Positions 1-9,118 of a DNA stretch of 59,776 nt are shown one piece after another. Source of the DNA: Minisyncoccota bacterium (GTDB lineage: Bacteria > Patescibacteriota > Minisyncoccia > UBA6257 > HR35); assembly GCA_937934285.1 (NCBI GenBank), contig CALHAT010000026.1, forward strand, positions 1 through 59,776, read 5' to 3'. How positions within the stretch are numbered: position 1 is the stretch's first letter; every line of letters begins with the position of its first letter. A program made the position numbers and the translations under genes. Under the pieces are notes generated by a model. That model saw only the letters and a list, made by a program, of their open reading frames with translations, searched no databases and had not been told where the DNA came from.

Positions 1-1
1 A

Positions 2-193
2 TTTTTACCAAGTTTAGAGGAACTCAAAAAGGCAATTACTGCTTTTAAATTAATTGAAGAAAAATTTAAAAATCAAGAAGAGATTAATTTAACCGATGAA
101 GATTATCTTTTGATTTTTCATGCTTATGAAGTTGCTTTAAAAGATTTAAATATTTTAACTACTGAAGATTTTCTGGTAAAGAGCCGAGAGTAA
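2..193 (+). CDS. 3' fragment of an unidentified CDS whose 5' end lies outside the window
   Basis: The frame is open from the window edge to TAA at 191-193 (...LPSLEELKKAITAFKLIEEKFKNQEEINLTDEDYLL...VKSRE*). It overlaps the convergent htrA 3' end by 35 nt. No recognisable motif. Confidence 0.3.
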   Translation, partial: FLPSLEELKKAITAFKLIEEKFKNQEEINLTDEDYLLIFHAYEVALKDLNILTTEDFLVKSRE

Positions 194-1406
194 CCGGAAC
201 TATGAAAGTTTGATTATTTCTTAAAACTTTAAGATTAACTTTTTGACCTACACTTTTCTTTAAAATTATTTGACCTAAACCATTCTGAGTTGTTATCTTT
301 TCACCATCCATTTCTAAAATAATATCTCGATCTTTTAAACCAGCTTTTTCAGCAGGCGAATTAGGGATAATTGCTGTTTTATCTTCGCGATAAAGAAAAG
401 CTCCATAGTTGACTGGTAAGTTAAACTTTTTTTGAATCTCTTCATTTATTAAAAGATAATAAACACCTAAAAACGGTACTTCAATTTTTCCTTTAGCTTG
501 AACTTCTTTAAGCATTCTTTTAACTCTTTCGATAGGAATAGCAAAACCGATATTTTCAGCACCACTGGCGATAGCTGTATTAACGCCAATAACTTCACCT
601 CTTAAATTTAAAAGTGGTCCGCCGGAATTACCAAAATTAATTGCTGCATCAGTCTGAATCAAGCCTTCTAATCTCTCGACCCGGCCAGTTTCATCAGAAG
701 CAGTAATTGTTCGATTAAGACCAGAAATAACTCCAAAGCTTACAGTATTTTGAAATTCGCCCAAAGCGTTACCAATAGCAATCACAAATTGACCAAGTTT
801 AAGCTTGCTTGAATCTCCTAAAGAAAGAGTCGTTAAGTTATTAACATCTATCTTCAAAATTGCCAAATCATCAATCGGGTGTCGTGCTAGAACTCGGGCT
901 TTAAATTTTCTGCCATCATTTAAATAAACCGTATATTCAGCTTCGGGATCAATAACTACATGTTTGTTAGTTACAATCAGTCCATCTGAAGAAACAATAA
1001 AACCAGTTCCGCCACCAACCTTTTGTTTTTCTCTGCCTTTTTCTCTTAGTTGCGGGATTTTAAATTCAAAAAAGGGTCGGAGTTCCGGGGGCAAATCTTG
1101 AAAGGGGTTAATGTAATATTCTTCTAAAACCGGTACATATTTACTGATAATAATACTAACCACGGCTGGTGAAGATTTTTCAGCAATGTGAACAATTGTT
1201 GTTTCCAAATCAGCAACCGGTGGCGTTGGACTTAAAAATGAACTTGGTTCTTTGATCTCTATTTTCTGAGGAGTCGATGAAAGATTTTTCGTTAAAAAAT
1301 CAAGCAGATTTTGCCAAAAGTTTTTATCAGGTGATTCGGCTAAAACCCAAAAAACAGCAACAAGTAAAGAACTAAAGATTAAAAAGATCCAAATTGATTT
1401 TCTCAT
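159..1406 (-). CDS. htrA: HtrA/DegP-family periplasmic serine protease with a C-terminal PDZ domain
   Basis: N-terminal signal anchor. Trypsin-like catalytic motifs are present (TNKHV, DLAILK, GNSGGPLLN), followed by a PDZ-like tail (SPAEKAGLKDRDIILEMDG). Confidence 0.88.
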   Translation of the reverse strand: MRKSIWIFLIFSSLLVAVFWVLAESPDKNFWQNLLDFLTKNLSSTPQKIEIKEPSSFLSPTPPVADLETTIVHIAEKSSPAVVSIIISKYVPVLEEYYINPFQDLPPELRPFFEFKIPQLREKGREKQKVGGGTGFIVSSDGLIVTNKHVVIDPEAEYTVYLNDGRKFKARVLARHPIDDLAILKIDVNNLTTLSLGDSSKLKLGQFVIAIGNALGEFQNTVSFGVISGLNRTITASDETGRVERLEGLIQTDAAINFGNSGGPLLNLRGEVIGVNTAIASGAENIGFAIPIERVKRMLKEVQAKGKIEVPFLGVYYLLINEEIQKKFNLPVNYGAFLYREDKTAIIPNSPAEKAGLKDRDIILEMDGEKITTQNGLGQIILKKSVGQKVNLKVLRNNQTFIVPVTLGSLPENLQ

Positions 1407-2554
1407 ATAAATTTCTTCAGACAGTTAAATAAATAATCGACTTCCTCTTTTTTTGTTTCCCGACCAAAAGAAAATCTTAAACTTCGTTCACTTCTTTCTT
1501 TACCGTAAACATCGTAAACAACATAACTTGGTTCATTAGCTCGTGATTGACAAGCGGTTCCGGATGAAACAGCGATGCCTTGACTATCTAAGTATAACAT
1601 AAGTTCTTGAGAAGTTTTAGTTGGAAAATAAAGATTAAGAAATTTCAGACTGGAATTTTCCAAAGGTGTATTGATTAAAATTTTTTCTGGCAATTCTTTA
1701 GTTTTATTAAGAAAATATCCACGAATTTCTTTTAGGTGATTTCTAATTTGCTCTTTTTCTTGAGAAATAAGTTCCAGAGCTTTAGCAAAACCAACTATTA
1801 GAGGCACGGCTTCGGTGCCAGCTCTTAAAGAATATTCTTGTTGAGAACCAGAAATAATTCTTAAAAGAGGTGTTCCCTTTTTAACATACAATAAAGCAAT
1901 GCCTTTAGGACCGTAGATTTTGTGCGAAGATAAAGTCATTAAATCAACTCCTAAATTTTTAACATCAAGATTCTCCAGGCTAGCTTGAGCTGCGTCAGTA
2001 TGAAAATAGATTTTCTCTTTTCGCAGTTGATTAACTTCTTGAATTAATTTTGATATTTCTGGGATTTTTTGAATTGTTCCCAATTCACTATTCACATAAT
2101 GAATGGTTACCAAAATTGTATTCTCTTTAATATTATCTTTAACTTTTTGGGGATCAATAAGACTATCTTTTTCAGGTTTAAGATAAGTTACTTCAATTAA
2201 TCCAAGATCAATCAAATCAGAAATAACTTCTAAAATTGACGGATGCTCAATTGAACTCACAATCAAATGAGGTTTTATTTTTTTTAAAAAATAATAATAA
2301 AAAATAATTCCTTTAATAGCTAAATTATTGCTCTCAGTTGCTGAAGAGGTAAAAATAATTTCTCTTAAAAAATCGGTGTTCAAAATGTTTTTAATTTTTT
2401 CTCGGCTTTCATCAATTGCTTTTAAAGCTTCTTGACCAAAAAAATGCAAACTCGAAGGATTGCCAAATTTTTTTTGAAAATAAGGCTTCATTGCTTCAAG
2501 AACTTCTTTTCTCATTGGTGTGGTAGCGGCAAAATCAAAATAAATTTTTTTCAT
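1403..2554 (-). CDS. Cysteine desulfurase, class V aminotransferase (NifS/IscS-like)
   Basis: PLP-lysine motif SSHKIYGPKG, an N-terminal YFDFAATTP motif and an active-site loop SSGTACQS. Confidence 0.85.
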   Translation of the reverse strand: MKKIYFDFAATTPMRKEVLEAMKPYFQKKFGNPSSLHFFGQEALKAIDESREKIKNILNTDFLREIIFTSSATESNNLAIKGIIFYYYFLKKIKPHLIVSSIEHPSILEVISDLIDLGLIEVTYLKPEKDSLIDPQKVKDNIKENTILVTIHYVNSELGTIQKIPEISKLIQEVNQLRKEKIYFHTDAAQASLENLDVKNLGVDLMTLSSHKIYGPKGIALLYVKKGTPLLRIISGSQQEYSLRAGTEAVPLIVGFAKALELISQEKEQIRNHLKEIRGYFLNKTKELPEKILINTPLENSSLKFLNLYFPTKTSQELMLYLDSQGIAVSSGTACQSRANEPSYVVYDVYGKERSERSLRFSFGRETKKEEVDYLFNCLKKFI

Positions 2555-2575
2555 AATATAATATTATAAATCATA

Positions 2576-2884
2576 ATGAAAATCGTTTGGACTAAACATT
2601 CAGAAAAAAAATTAAGATCCTATCACTTAACTAAAAATCGAATTCTAAGGATAATTAAAAATCCTTATCGAGTTGAAGAGGGTATCGCTCCGCAAACAAT
2701 CGCTTTAATGAAACCAGTTAATCCGAAAAAGAATAAGTGGCGTCAGGAGATTTGGGCAATGATTCAAAAATCTCAAGACAGTTTAAAAATAATTTCTGCC
2801 TGGCGTTATCCCGGTATGTCTCCTAAACAAAATCCAATTCCATCAGAAATAATTGAAGAACTTAAAAAAGAAGGTTTTATCTAA
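2576..2884 (+). CDS. Small hypothetical protein (102 aa)
   Basis: Clean ORF divergent from the desulfurase gene. The N-terminus IVWTKHSEKKLRSYHLTKNRILRII loosely resembles small toxin-like (DUF4258-type) proteins, from memory only. Confidence 0.4.
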   Translation: MKIVWTKHSEKKLRSYHLTKNRILRIIKNPYRVEEGIAPQTIALMKPVNPKKNKWRQEIWAMIQKSQDSLKIISAWRYPGMSPKQNPIPSEIIEELKKEGFI

Positions 2885-4047
2885 CGGAAAAGACCTCGGA
2901 AAATATCAAGAAAACTACTCCAAAGACTTTTTTGTTCACCAAGTTTCTGATAATAGTAAATTGAACCCAGAGCATTTAAATAGATTCTTTCTTCTTGTTC
3001 TAAATTTTTATAAATATCAGCTTCCAATTTTGTTAAATAACCAGAGTGCTTTCTAAAGATATTATCAATTTCTGGTAAATAGGAACCGCCGCCAATTAAA
3101 TAAACTCCACCAGGCAGACGATAATTTTCTTTAATTTTTTTAAAAAGCTCAGGGAAGCCATTTTTTTTCCAATAAAAATTAAATCTTTTTTCGATAAACT
3201 TAACTAAATTCGAATAGCTAATTTTTTGTTTGCCAAATTTTATAGGCAATTTTTTTTTCTTATCATCTAAATTCTTGATTTCCTCGAAAGCATTATACAC
3301 CTCATCAACACTAAGACCGAAATCCAGGGCTAAATCTTCCCAAAGATCACCAGCACCAAATTTAAAATTTTGATAAAAATTCAATTTACCTTCTTGAAAA
3401 ATACTTAAATTAAAAATTCGGTAACCAAAATCAATTAAAATTACTCCTTGTTCTTTTTCTTTTTTAGAAAAAAGAACCAAACTTGCTGGTAAGGGATTAG
3501 GCAAAATCAAACTAACTTTTAATTCATTTTTTTCAAAAAAATCTTTTATTTTCGCTAAAGCTGATTTTAGACCTTGAATAACAAAAAAATCAACCTCCAA
3601 AGTTCGAGCTTCCATCCCCAAAGGATCGCGAACTTTAATATTAGCACCGTCAAGAAAATAAGCAATTGATTCTTCAAATAAAACTTCGTAATTTCCTGAG
3701 GCCAAAGAAGCTTTCGCAATTAAAAGGCACTTACGGATATCCTCATCAGTCACATATCTTTCACTCACAGAAATTTTATTTTTTGTTCTTTGAAAACTAA
3801 AATAAGGAGCTGAAAAAGAAAGAATAAGATTTTTAGGCAAACTATTTAGTTGGTAAGCAATTTCTTTTAAAGGATTAATAGCTTCTTCAATAAAATTTTC
3901 TTGATCAATTATCTCGCCATCGCTAAAAGAATCAAGATTTTTGGTTATTTTAGTAAGTAAGGTTATTTTCCCACTCTCGTCTTCTTCACCAACAGTCATC
4001 TTTAAAAGTTTACTACCAAGATCAACAGCAAAAATTTTTTCTCTCAT
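2881..4047 (-). CDS. ftsA: Cell division protein FtsA (actin-like ATPase)
   Basis: Actin-fold phosphate motifs are present (FAVDLGSKLLK, ILIDFGYRIFNLSIF, VYLIGGGSYLP). An FtsA-like segment DPLGMEARTLEVDFFVI is also present. Confidence 0.72.
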   Translation of the reverse strand: MREKIFAVDLGSKLLKMTVGEEDESGKITLLTKITKNLDSFSDGEIIDQENFIEEAINPLKEIAYQLNSLPKNLILSFSAPYFSFQRTKNKISVSERYVTDEDIRKCLLIAKASLASGNYEVLFEESIAYFLDGANIKVRDPLGMEARTLEVDFFVIQGLKSALAKIKDFFEKNELKVSLILPNPLPASLVLFSKKEKEQGVILIDFGYRIFNLSIFQEGKLNFYQNFKFGAGDLWEDLALDFGLSVDEVYNAFEEIKNLDDKKKKLPIKFGKQKISYSNLVKFIEKRFNFYWKKNGFPELFKKIKENYRLPGGVYLIGGGSYLPEIDNIFRKHSGYLTKLEADIYKNLEQEERIYLNALGSIYYYQKLGEQKSLWSSFLDIFRGLFR

Positions 4048-4325
4048 TCTTCTTTGCCTGGAAATTTAATTTCGCTAACATATCTTTTAGCAAGTTCATA
4101 AGCTTTTTGAAATGGCCAGCCTTCTTTCATTTTTTTATTAATAAAATATTGGAGTTTAAGACGATACATTTTCCTTTCCCATTTTCGGCGTTCGTTCGGT
4201 TTTTTGGTTCGATACATTTTTGATTTAACTTCCAAAACAACACCACTCCGACTGAATCTCGTCAAAAATCTTTTTAAAAATTGACCCTTTGATTCACCAG
4301 CTCTTCGTTTGACTTTAACTCTCAT
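4044..4325 (-). CDS. rpsU: 30S ribosomal protein S21
   Basis: Basic 93-aa protein with VKVKRRAGESKGQFLKRFLTRFSRSGVVLEVKSKMYRTKKPNERRK, matching the S21 pattern. Confidence 0.75.
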   Translation of the reverse strand: MRVKVKRRAGESKGQFLKRFLTRFSRSGVVLEVKSKMYRTKKPNERRKWERKMYRLKLQYFINKKMKEGWPFQKAYELAKRYVSEIKFPGKEE

Positions 4326-4728
4326 TTTTAATTCTTTGATAAATTACTTCTAACGACTCCTGGGGAGGATTATAAACAACTGAATGAATTGAACCACCTC
4401 GATCATTTTTAAAACGGGGCATAATATGAAAATGAAGATGAGAAACCGTCTGACCGGCTAACGGTCCTTCGTTGATTCCCAAGGTAAAATCATTAGTCAT
4501 AAAAACTTTTTCTAAAAGAATCATTATTTCTTGAATCATTTTAATGAATTCTTCAGCTAATTCGAGTTTTAATTCTTTGAGATTAACGAAATGCTCCTTG
4601 GGTATCACTAAAGTATGCCCCGGAGAATGAGGATGAATATCTAAAACTGCTAAAAAATTGGGCGATTCTTTAACAATATAACTTTTTATTTCTCCCTGAG
4701 TAATTTTACAAAAAATACAGTCTTTCAT
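4315..4728 (-). CDS. HIT-family (histidine triad) nucleotide hydrolase
   Basis: Histidine triad HLHFHIMPR, plus N-terminal CIFCKI and PGHTLVIPKEH. Confidence 0.88.
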   Translation of the reverse strand: MKDCIFCKITQGEIKSYIVKESPNFLAVLDIHPHSPGHTLVIPKEHFVNLKELKLELAEEFIKMIQEIMILLEKVFMTNDFTLGINEGPLAGQTVSHLHFHIMPRFKNDRGGSIHSVVYNPPQESLEVIYQRIKNES

Positions 4729-4731
4729 TTT

Positions 4732-5991
4732 TTATTTAGTAATTTTTCTTAAATCTTTAATTAGGTTTTTTAATTTCAAGACCTCCTGAGTTCCATATTC
4801 CATATCTTTTAAAATAACTGCTTCGCGACTTAACTCTTGAAAACCTAAAATCAAACTATATTTTAACCCAAGTTTATTAGCATATTCAAGTTGATTAGCT
4901 AAACTAATTTTGAAAAAATTAGCTTGAGGCTTAAAACCATTTGCTTGGAGTTCTTCATAAATTTCAAAAGCTTTTGGTCTTGTTTCTTCACCGGCAAAAG
5001 CAACAAAAATTTTAGTTAACTGAGGCTTAAAAGAAATTTTAAGTTCATCAAGAACTAATTTTAGTCTTTCAATCCCCAAAGCACCGCCAACTGAAGGTAA
5101 GGCAGTATTACTAATTACCTCACCTAAATCATAGCGACCGCCACTGGCTAAAGCAAAATTTTGACCGTCAATAAAAATTTCAAAAACTGTTCTTAAATAA
5201 TAATCAAAACCACGTACCAAGGTCTTATCAAGTTCATAGTTAACTTTAAAATAATCCATTAATTCTAAAACTTTCTGAAAATGAATTTTACAGAATTTAC
5301 ATAAGTAATCTAAAATATTTGGGGCTAATTCTTTATATTTTTGATCACTTTCCTGTTTACAATCTAAAATTCTTAAGGGGTTTAATTTTAATCTTTTTTG
5401 ACAATCAGAACATAATTTTTTTTGATAAGCTCGATAATATCTAATTAAATCTTTTAAATATTTTTTTCGACATTTTGAACAACCTAAGCTATTTAACTTA
5501 ACAATAAAATTTTGGATTTTAATTTTCTTTAAAAATTGACAGAAAAGATAGATAATTAAAAAATCAGCGAAAGGGTCTTCAGAATTTAAAATTTCTAAAC
5601 CCCATTGAGTATGTTCGCGCAACCTACCATGTTGAGGTCTTTCCTTGCGATACATTTTACCAAAATAAAACAAAGAGATCGGCTGAGGCAAGCTTATCAT
5701 TCCATTTTCAAAATAAGCTCGAACAACCGCAGCTGTACCTTCTGGTCTTAAAACATATTGCTCACCTCTTTCTTTGCCTTTTAAATAAAACATTTCTTTA
5801 CTAATCACATCCGTAGTTTCCCCTAAGCTTAAAGTGAAAGTTTTTACATTTTCAATTAAGGGTGTTTCTATATATTTAAAATTATTCAAAATTGAAAAAT
5901 CAGTTATTAAATCTCTAATTTTCAACAAAAATTCAGCATCATCAAAAACAATATCTTTCATTCCTCGTGGTCTTTGAGATTTTATTTTCAT
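4732..5991 (-). CDS. hisS: Histidine--tRNA ligase
   Basis: Class II aaRS motifs are present: RPEGTAAV, YFGKMYRKERPQHGRLREHTQWG, GGRYD and GGALGIERL. Confidence 0.92.
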   Translation of the reverse strand: MKIKSQRPRGMKDIVFDDAEFLLKIRDLITDFSILNNFKYIETPLIENVKTFTLSLGETTDVISKEMFYLKGKERGEQYVLRPEGTAAVVRAYFENGMISLPQPISLFYFGKMYRKERPQHGRLREHTQWGLEILNSEDPFADFLIIYLFCQFLKKIKIQNFIVKLNSLGCSKCRKKYLKDLIRYYRAYQKKLCSDCQKRLKLNPLRILDCKQESDQKYKELAPNILDYLCKFCKIHFQKVLELMDYFKVNYELDKTLVRGFDYYLRTVFEIFIDGQNFALASGGRYDLGEVISNTALPSVGGALGIERLKLVLDELKISFKPQLTKIFVAFAGEETRPKAFEIYEELQANGFKPQANFFKISLANQLEYANKLGLKYSLILGFQELSREAVILKDMEYGTQEVLKLKNLIKDLRKITK

Positions 5992-6554
5992 TTGATCAAT
6001 GCTTCAGTTAATCTCAATAAAGGAATCTTTAAAATAACTCTACCTATTATTCTTTCTCTTTTAACGGGTCCCCATTTTCGAGAATCATAACTAACTTCCC
6101 GATTATCTCCTAAAACAAAATACTCATTTTTACCTAAGGTTAAGTCGATTTTTCCTGAAGTATAGTGATTTTGAAGATAATCTTCCTCGAGAACAAAACC
6201 ATTGGAATTTTCTTCATTGAAAATCATAATTTTATTTTCATTAATAACAATCCTTTCTCCAGGAAGACCTATTACTCTTTTAATATAAAAAACTTTATCA
6301 TCGAAAGGAGGATGAAAAATGATTATTTCCCCTCTTTTTGGATCGCGTAAAAAAAAACTTAATTTATCAATAACTAAATAATCCCAATTATGGAAATTAG
6401 GCTCCATACTTTCACCTCTAACTAAAAATGGTTCCGTTATAAAAAATCTCACTGGAACAACTATTAAAATAAATAAAAAGGCGATTTCAATAAAATCAAA
6501 AATTAGTTGTCTTTTCATTCTAAAATTATACCACAATTTTATCATCAATTTCAA
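5988..6554 (-). CDS. lepB: Signal peptidase I
   Basis: GESMEPNF (catalytic Ser box), KRVIGLPGE and GDNREVSYDSR. The maximal ORF is given here. The internal Met at 6518 (MKRQLIF...) would remove the 29-nt overlap with infB and may be the real start. Confidence 0.85.
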   Translation of the reverse strand: MKLMIKLWYNFRMKRQLIFDFIEIAFLFILIVVPVRFFITEPFLVRGESMEPNFHNWDYLVIDKLSFFLRDPKRGEIIIFHPPFDDKVFYIKRVIGLPGERIVINENKIMIFNEENSNGFVLEEDYLQNHYTSGKIDLTLGKNEYFVLGDNREVSYDSRKWGPVKRERIIGRVILKIPLLRLTEALIK

Positions 6555-7980
6555 TATCGTTTTTTGTTTCTAAAATAAGGCCGCAGAGATCTCCTGCTTT
6601 AACTTCATCAACAGGTATTTTATTCTTTTCTAAGCTAATAATTTTACCCTGGCCAATTTTTTCATTATTTCTTAAAATAGAGACTTTTTGATTAATTCTT
6701 AATTTCCCGGAAACAACTCTACCACCGATTGTTTTTTTTGTTTTTGTCTTCCCAAAGGTAGCCAGAACTTCTAATTCGCCCGTTGGCAAAGAAACACCGC
6801 TTCTTATTTCTTCTAAATAATTTATAAATTTTTCTTCCAACTCATAAATAACATTTCCTTCAAAAAGAATGAGGTTAAAATCTTTGATTGCGTCTAAGGT
6901 TTCTTTCTTGTTTTTAACATTAAAACTTATTAAAATAGCTCCTGCGTCTTTAGCCAAATTAATATCTTCTAAGGTCAAACCACCTAAACCTGTTTTAATT
7001 ATCTTCAAATTTAATTTTTTTTCTTGAGCAATTTTTCCAAAAATATTTTCTAAAGCTTCCAAACTACCGATATGATCTGCTTTCAAAATTAAATTGACAA
7101 CTGATTCTTGGAAAGTTGGTTTTTCTTCAAAAATAATTTTTCTTTTGAACAATTCTTCACTTTTTTTCAATTTTTCCTGAATTTTTTCAAGATCTTCTTC
7201 TTGACTAACTTCGAACTCTTCACCAACCAAAGGTAGGTAATTAAAATTACCTACTAAAAATGGTTTTGAGGGGTAAGCATGTTGAATTTTGTTTCCCAAA
7301 TCATCTTCAAAAATTTTTATTTTACAAACAGCAGTTTTGGTAATTAAATAATTTCCATAACTTACTTGACCTTCAGTAACAATTGCTGATGCTAAAACTC
7401 CGCGGCGCTCATCTTTAAAAGCTTCCAAAATAAAACCTTTACCTGGTGCTTCAATCTCGACTTTGAAATCATGAATATCTCTTAAAAGAATTAAAGTTTC
7501 TAAAATTTCATTTAAACCTTGACCCGTGAGTGCGGAAGTTTCTACTAAAGGCACTTCACCACCCCATTTTTCGGGCATAACCCCTAATTCAATTAACTGG
7601 GAAATAACTCTTTGGGAATCAGTTCCCTTTTTATCAATTTTCGTTAAAGCAATAATAAAAGGTAAATTGGCTCCTTTAAGATATTCTAAGCTTTCTTTAG
7701 TTTGTTCTTTAACACCTTCGTCAGCTGCAATAACTAAAATACCGATATCAGCAACTTTAACGCCCCTTTCTCTTAAACGATTAAAAGCTTCATGGCCAGG
7801 AGTATCAATAAAAGTTATTTTTTCATTATCGAAAACAACTTCATAAGCACCAATTTTTTGAGTAATACCACCAGCTTCTTTTAAAGCAACATTCGTTTTT
7901 CTAAGAGCATCTAATAAAGTTGTTTTGCCATGATCGATGTGGCCTAAAACTACTACAATCGGTGGTTTTTTGATAAGCAT
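6526..7980 (-). CDS. infB: Translation initiation factor IF-2, short form that starts at the G domain
   Basis: GHIDHGKTTLLD, DTPGHEAF and TKIDK GTPase motifs begin at residue 13. The C-terminal IF-2 beta-barrel region is present. At 484 aa it has no long N-terminal region. Confidence 0.9.
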   Translation of the reverse strand: MLIKKPPIVVVLGHIDHGKTTLLDALRKTNVALKEAGGITQKIGAYEVVFDNEKITFIDTPGHEAFNRLRERGVKVADIGILVIAADEGVKEQTKESLEYLKGANLPFIIALTKIDKKGTDSQRVISQLIELGVMPEKWGGEVPLVETSALTGQGLNEILETLILLRDIHDFKVEIEAPGKGFILEAFKDERRGVLASAIVTEGQVSYGNYLITKTAVCKIKIFEDDLGNKIQHAYPSKPFLVGNFNYLPLVGEEFEVSQEEDLEKIQEKLKKSEELFKRKIIFEEKPTFQESVVNLILKADHIGSLEALENIFGKIAQEKKLNLKIIKTGLGGLTLEDINLAKDAGAILISFNVKNKKETLDAIKDFNLILFEGNVIYELEEKFINYLEEIRSGVSLPTGELEVLATFGKTKTKKTIGGRVVSGKLRINQKVSILRNNEKIGQGKIISLEKNKIPVDEVKAGDLCGLILETKNDIEIDDKIVV

Positions 7981-7983
7981 TTT

Positions 7984-8265
7984 TCATTTTTCTAAAATTT
8001 TAGGCACTTTTAAATAATTATCTTCTCTTTCGGGAAAATTGTTAATTATTTCCTGAGGAAAGAATTTTTGTGGCTCGTCTCGGCGTAAATCTAAATTTTC
8101 TAAAATATTTATAAGTGGCTGGAGTTTTTCTAAGCTTAGTTCATTAATTTTTTCAACATAAGCTAAAATTTTATTTAGATCTTGAGTCAGCTTTGGAATT
8201 TCCTTTTCTTTAAGTTTAAGTCGAGCCAGCTTAGCTAAATGTTCAATCTCTTTTTGAGTAATCAT
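7984..8265 (-). CDS. gatC: Asp/Glu-tRNA amidotransferase subunit C
   Basis: 93 aa, with ITQKEIEHLAKLARLKLKEKEI...YVEKINEL, the typical GatC layout. Confidence 0.8.
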   Translation of the reverse strand: MITQKEIEHLAKLARLKLKEKEIPKLTQDLNKILAYVEKINELSLEKLQPLINILENLDLRRDEPQKFFPQEIINNFPEREDNYLKVPKILEK

Positions 8266-8272
8266 AAAAAAA

Positions 8273-9118
8273 TTATAACATAAAATTAAAATAGATTTTA
8301 GTCAAAGATTCACCAAAAAGAATTGCTCCTAAGGTTCCTAAAAAAATAAAAGGAACAAAAGGAATTGGTTTCTTTAAGTTTTTCTCTTTTAAGATAAAAT
8401 AGATTCCACAAATTGAACCCAAAAAAGAACTGAGAATAATTGCTAAAAGACCATCGCCGGGTCTTAAAAAAAGCCCTAATAAAAAAGCAATCTTAACATC
8501 ACCAAAACCAATTCCTTTGCCTTGAGTAATTAAAAAAATCAAAAGAAGAATTGAACTTAAAAAAAATGGAGTAATTAAAGTTTCGAATTTCCCAAAGTTA
8601 AAAAGATAATTTAAAAGATAAGAAAAGTCACGAGGAAGGATTAAAAATTTTTTTTTAGCTAAATTAAATAAAATGCCTGTTAAGACACCAAAGAAAATTA
8701 ATCGATCATCAACCAAATAAGTTTTTAAATCATATAAAGCTAAAACAAAAAGAATACTAAAAAAAATTAAATAAAAAAGAAATTCTACAACAAATATCGG
8801 GTTTAGTGTTGTTTTTAGTGAAAAAGCTAAAAGGAAAACCCAAAAACCAGTAAAAATTTCTACCAATGGGTATCTGAAAGAAATTTTATTTTGACAGACA
8901 CGACATTTTCCTTTTTGGAAAATGAAGCTCAAAATCGGAATTAATTCATACCATTGTAAAATTTTCCCACAAGAAGGACACTTTGACCGAGAAAATAGAA
9001 AATCTTCGTTTTTTTCTAGTCTTAAAGCTATATTATTTAACAAAGAGCCCAGAAATAAACCTAAAATAAAAAAAAACATTAAAATCCAAAACGAGCACGA
9101 CAAATTTGATTTCGCCAA
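8273..9118 (-). CDS. pilD: Prepilin peptidase (A24 family, PilD-like)
   Basis: N-terminal zinc motif CPSCGK...CRVCQNKISFRYPLVE, a polytopic membrane profile and GIGFGDVK (Asp box). An alternative start at 9079 forms a TAATG junction with the upstream stop. Confidence 0.88.
   Translation of the reverse strand: MAKSNLSCSFWILMFFFILGLFLGSLLNNIALRLEKNEDFLFSRSKCPSCGKILQWYELIPILSFIFQKGKCRVCQNKISFRYPLVEIFTGFWVFLLAFSLKTTLNPIFVVEFLFYLIFFSILFVLALYDLKTYLVDDRLIFFGVLTGILFNLAKKKFLILPRDFSYLLNYLFNFGKFETLITPFFLSSILLLIFLITQGKGIGFGDVKIAFLLGLFLRPGDGLLAIILSSFLGSICGIYFILKEKNLKKPIPFVPFIFLGTLGAILFGESLTKIYFNFML

Noticed and set aside
7526-7846. Antisense ORFs inside conserved genes (for example 7526-7846, 41099-41395, 48013-48240, 55059-55289, 51963-52178, 52245-52460)
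   Set aside because: Each lies opposite a confidently identified gene (infB, rny, dnaK, rpoD, the TraD-like ATPase). These are typical shadow ORFs with no motifs.
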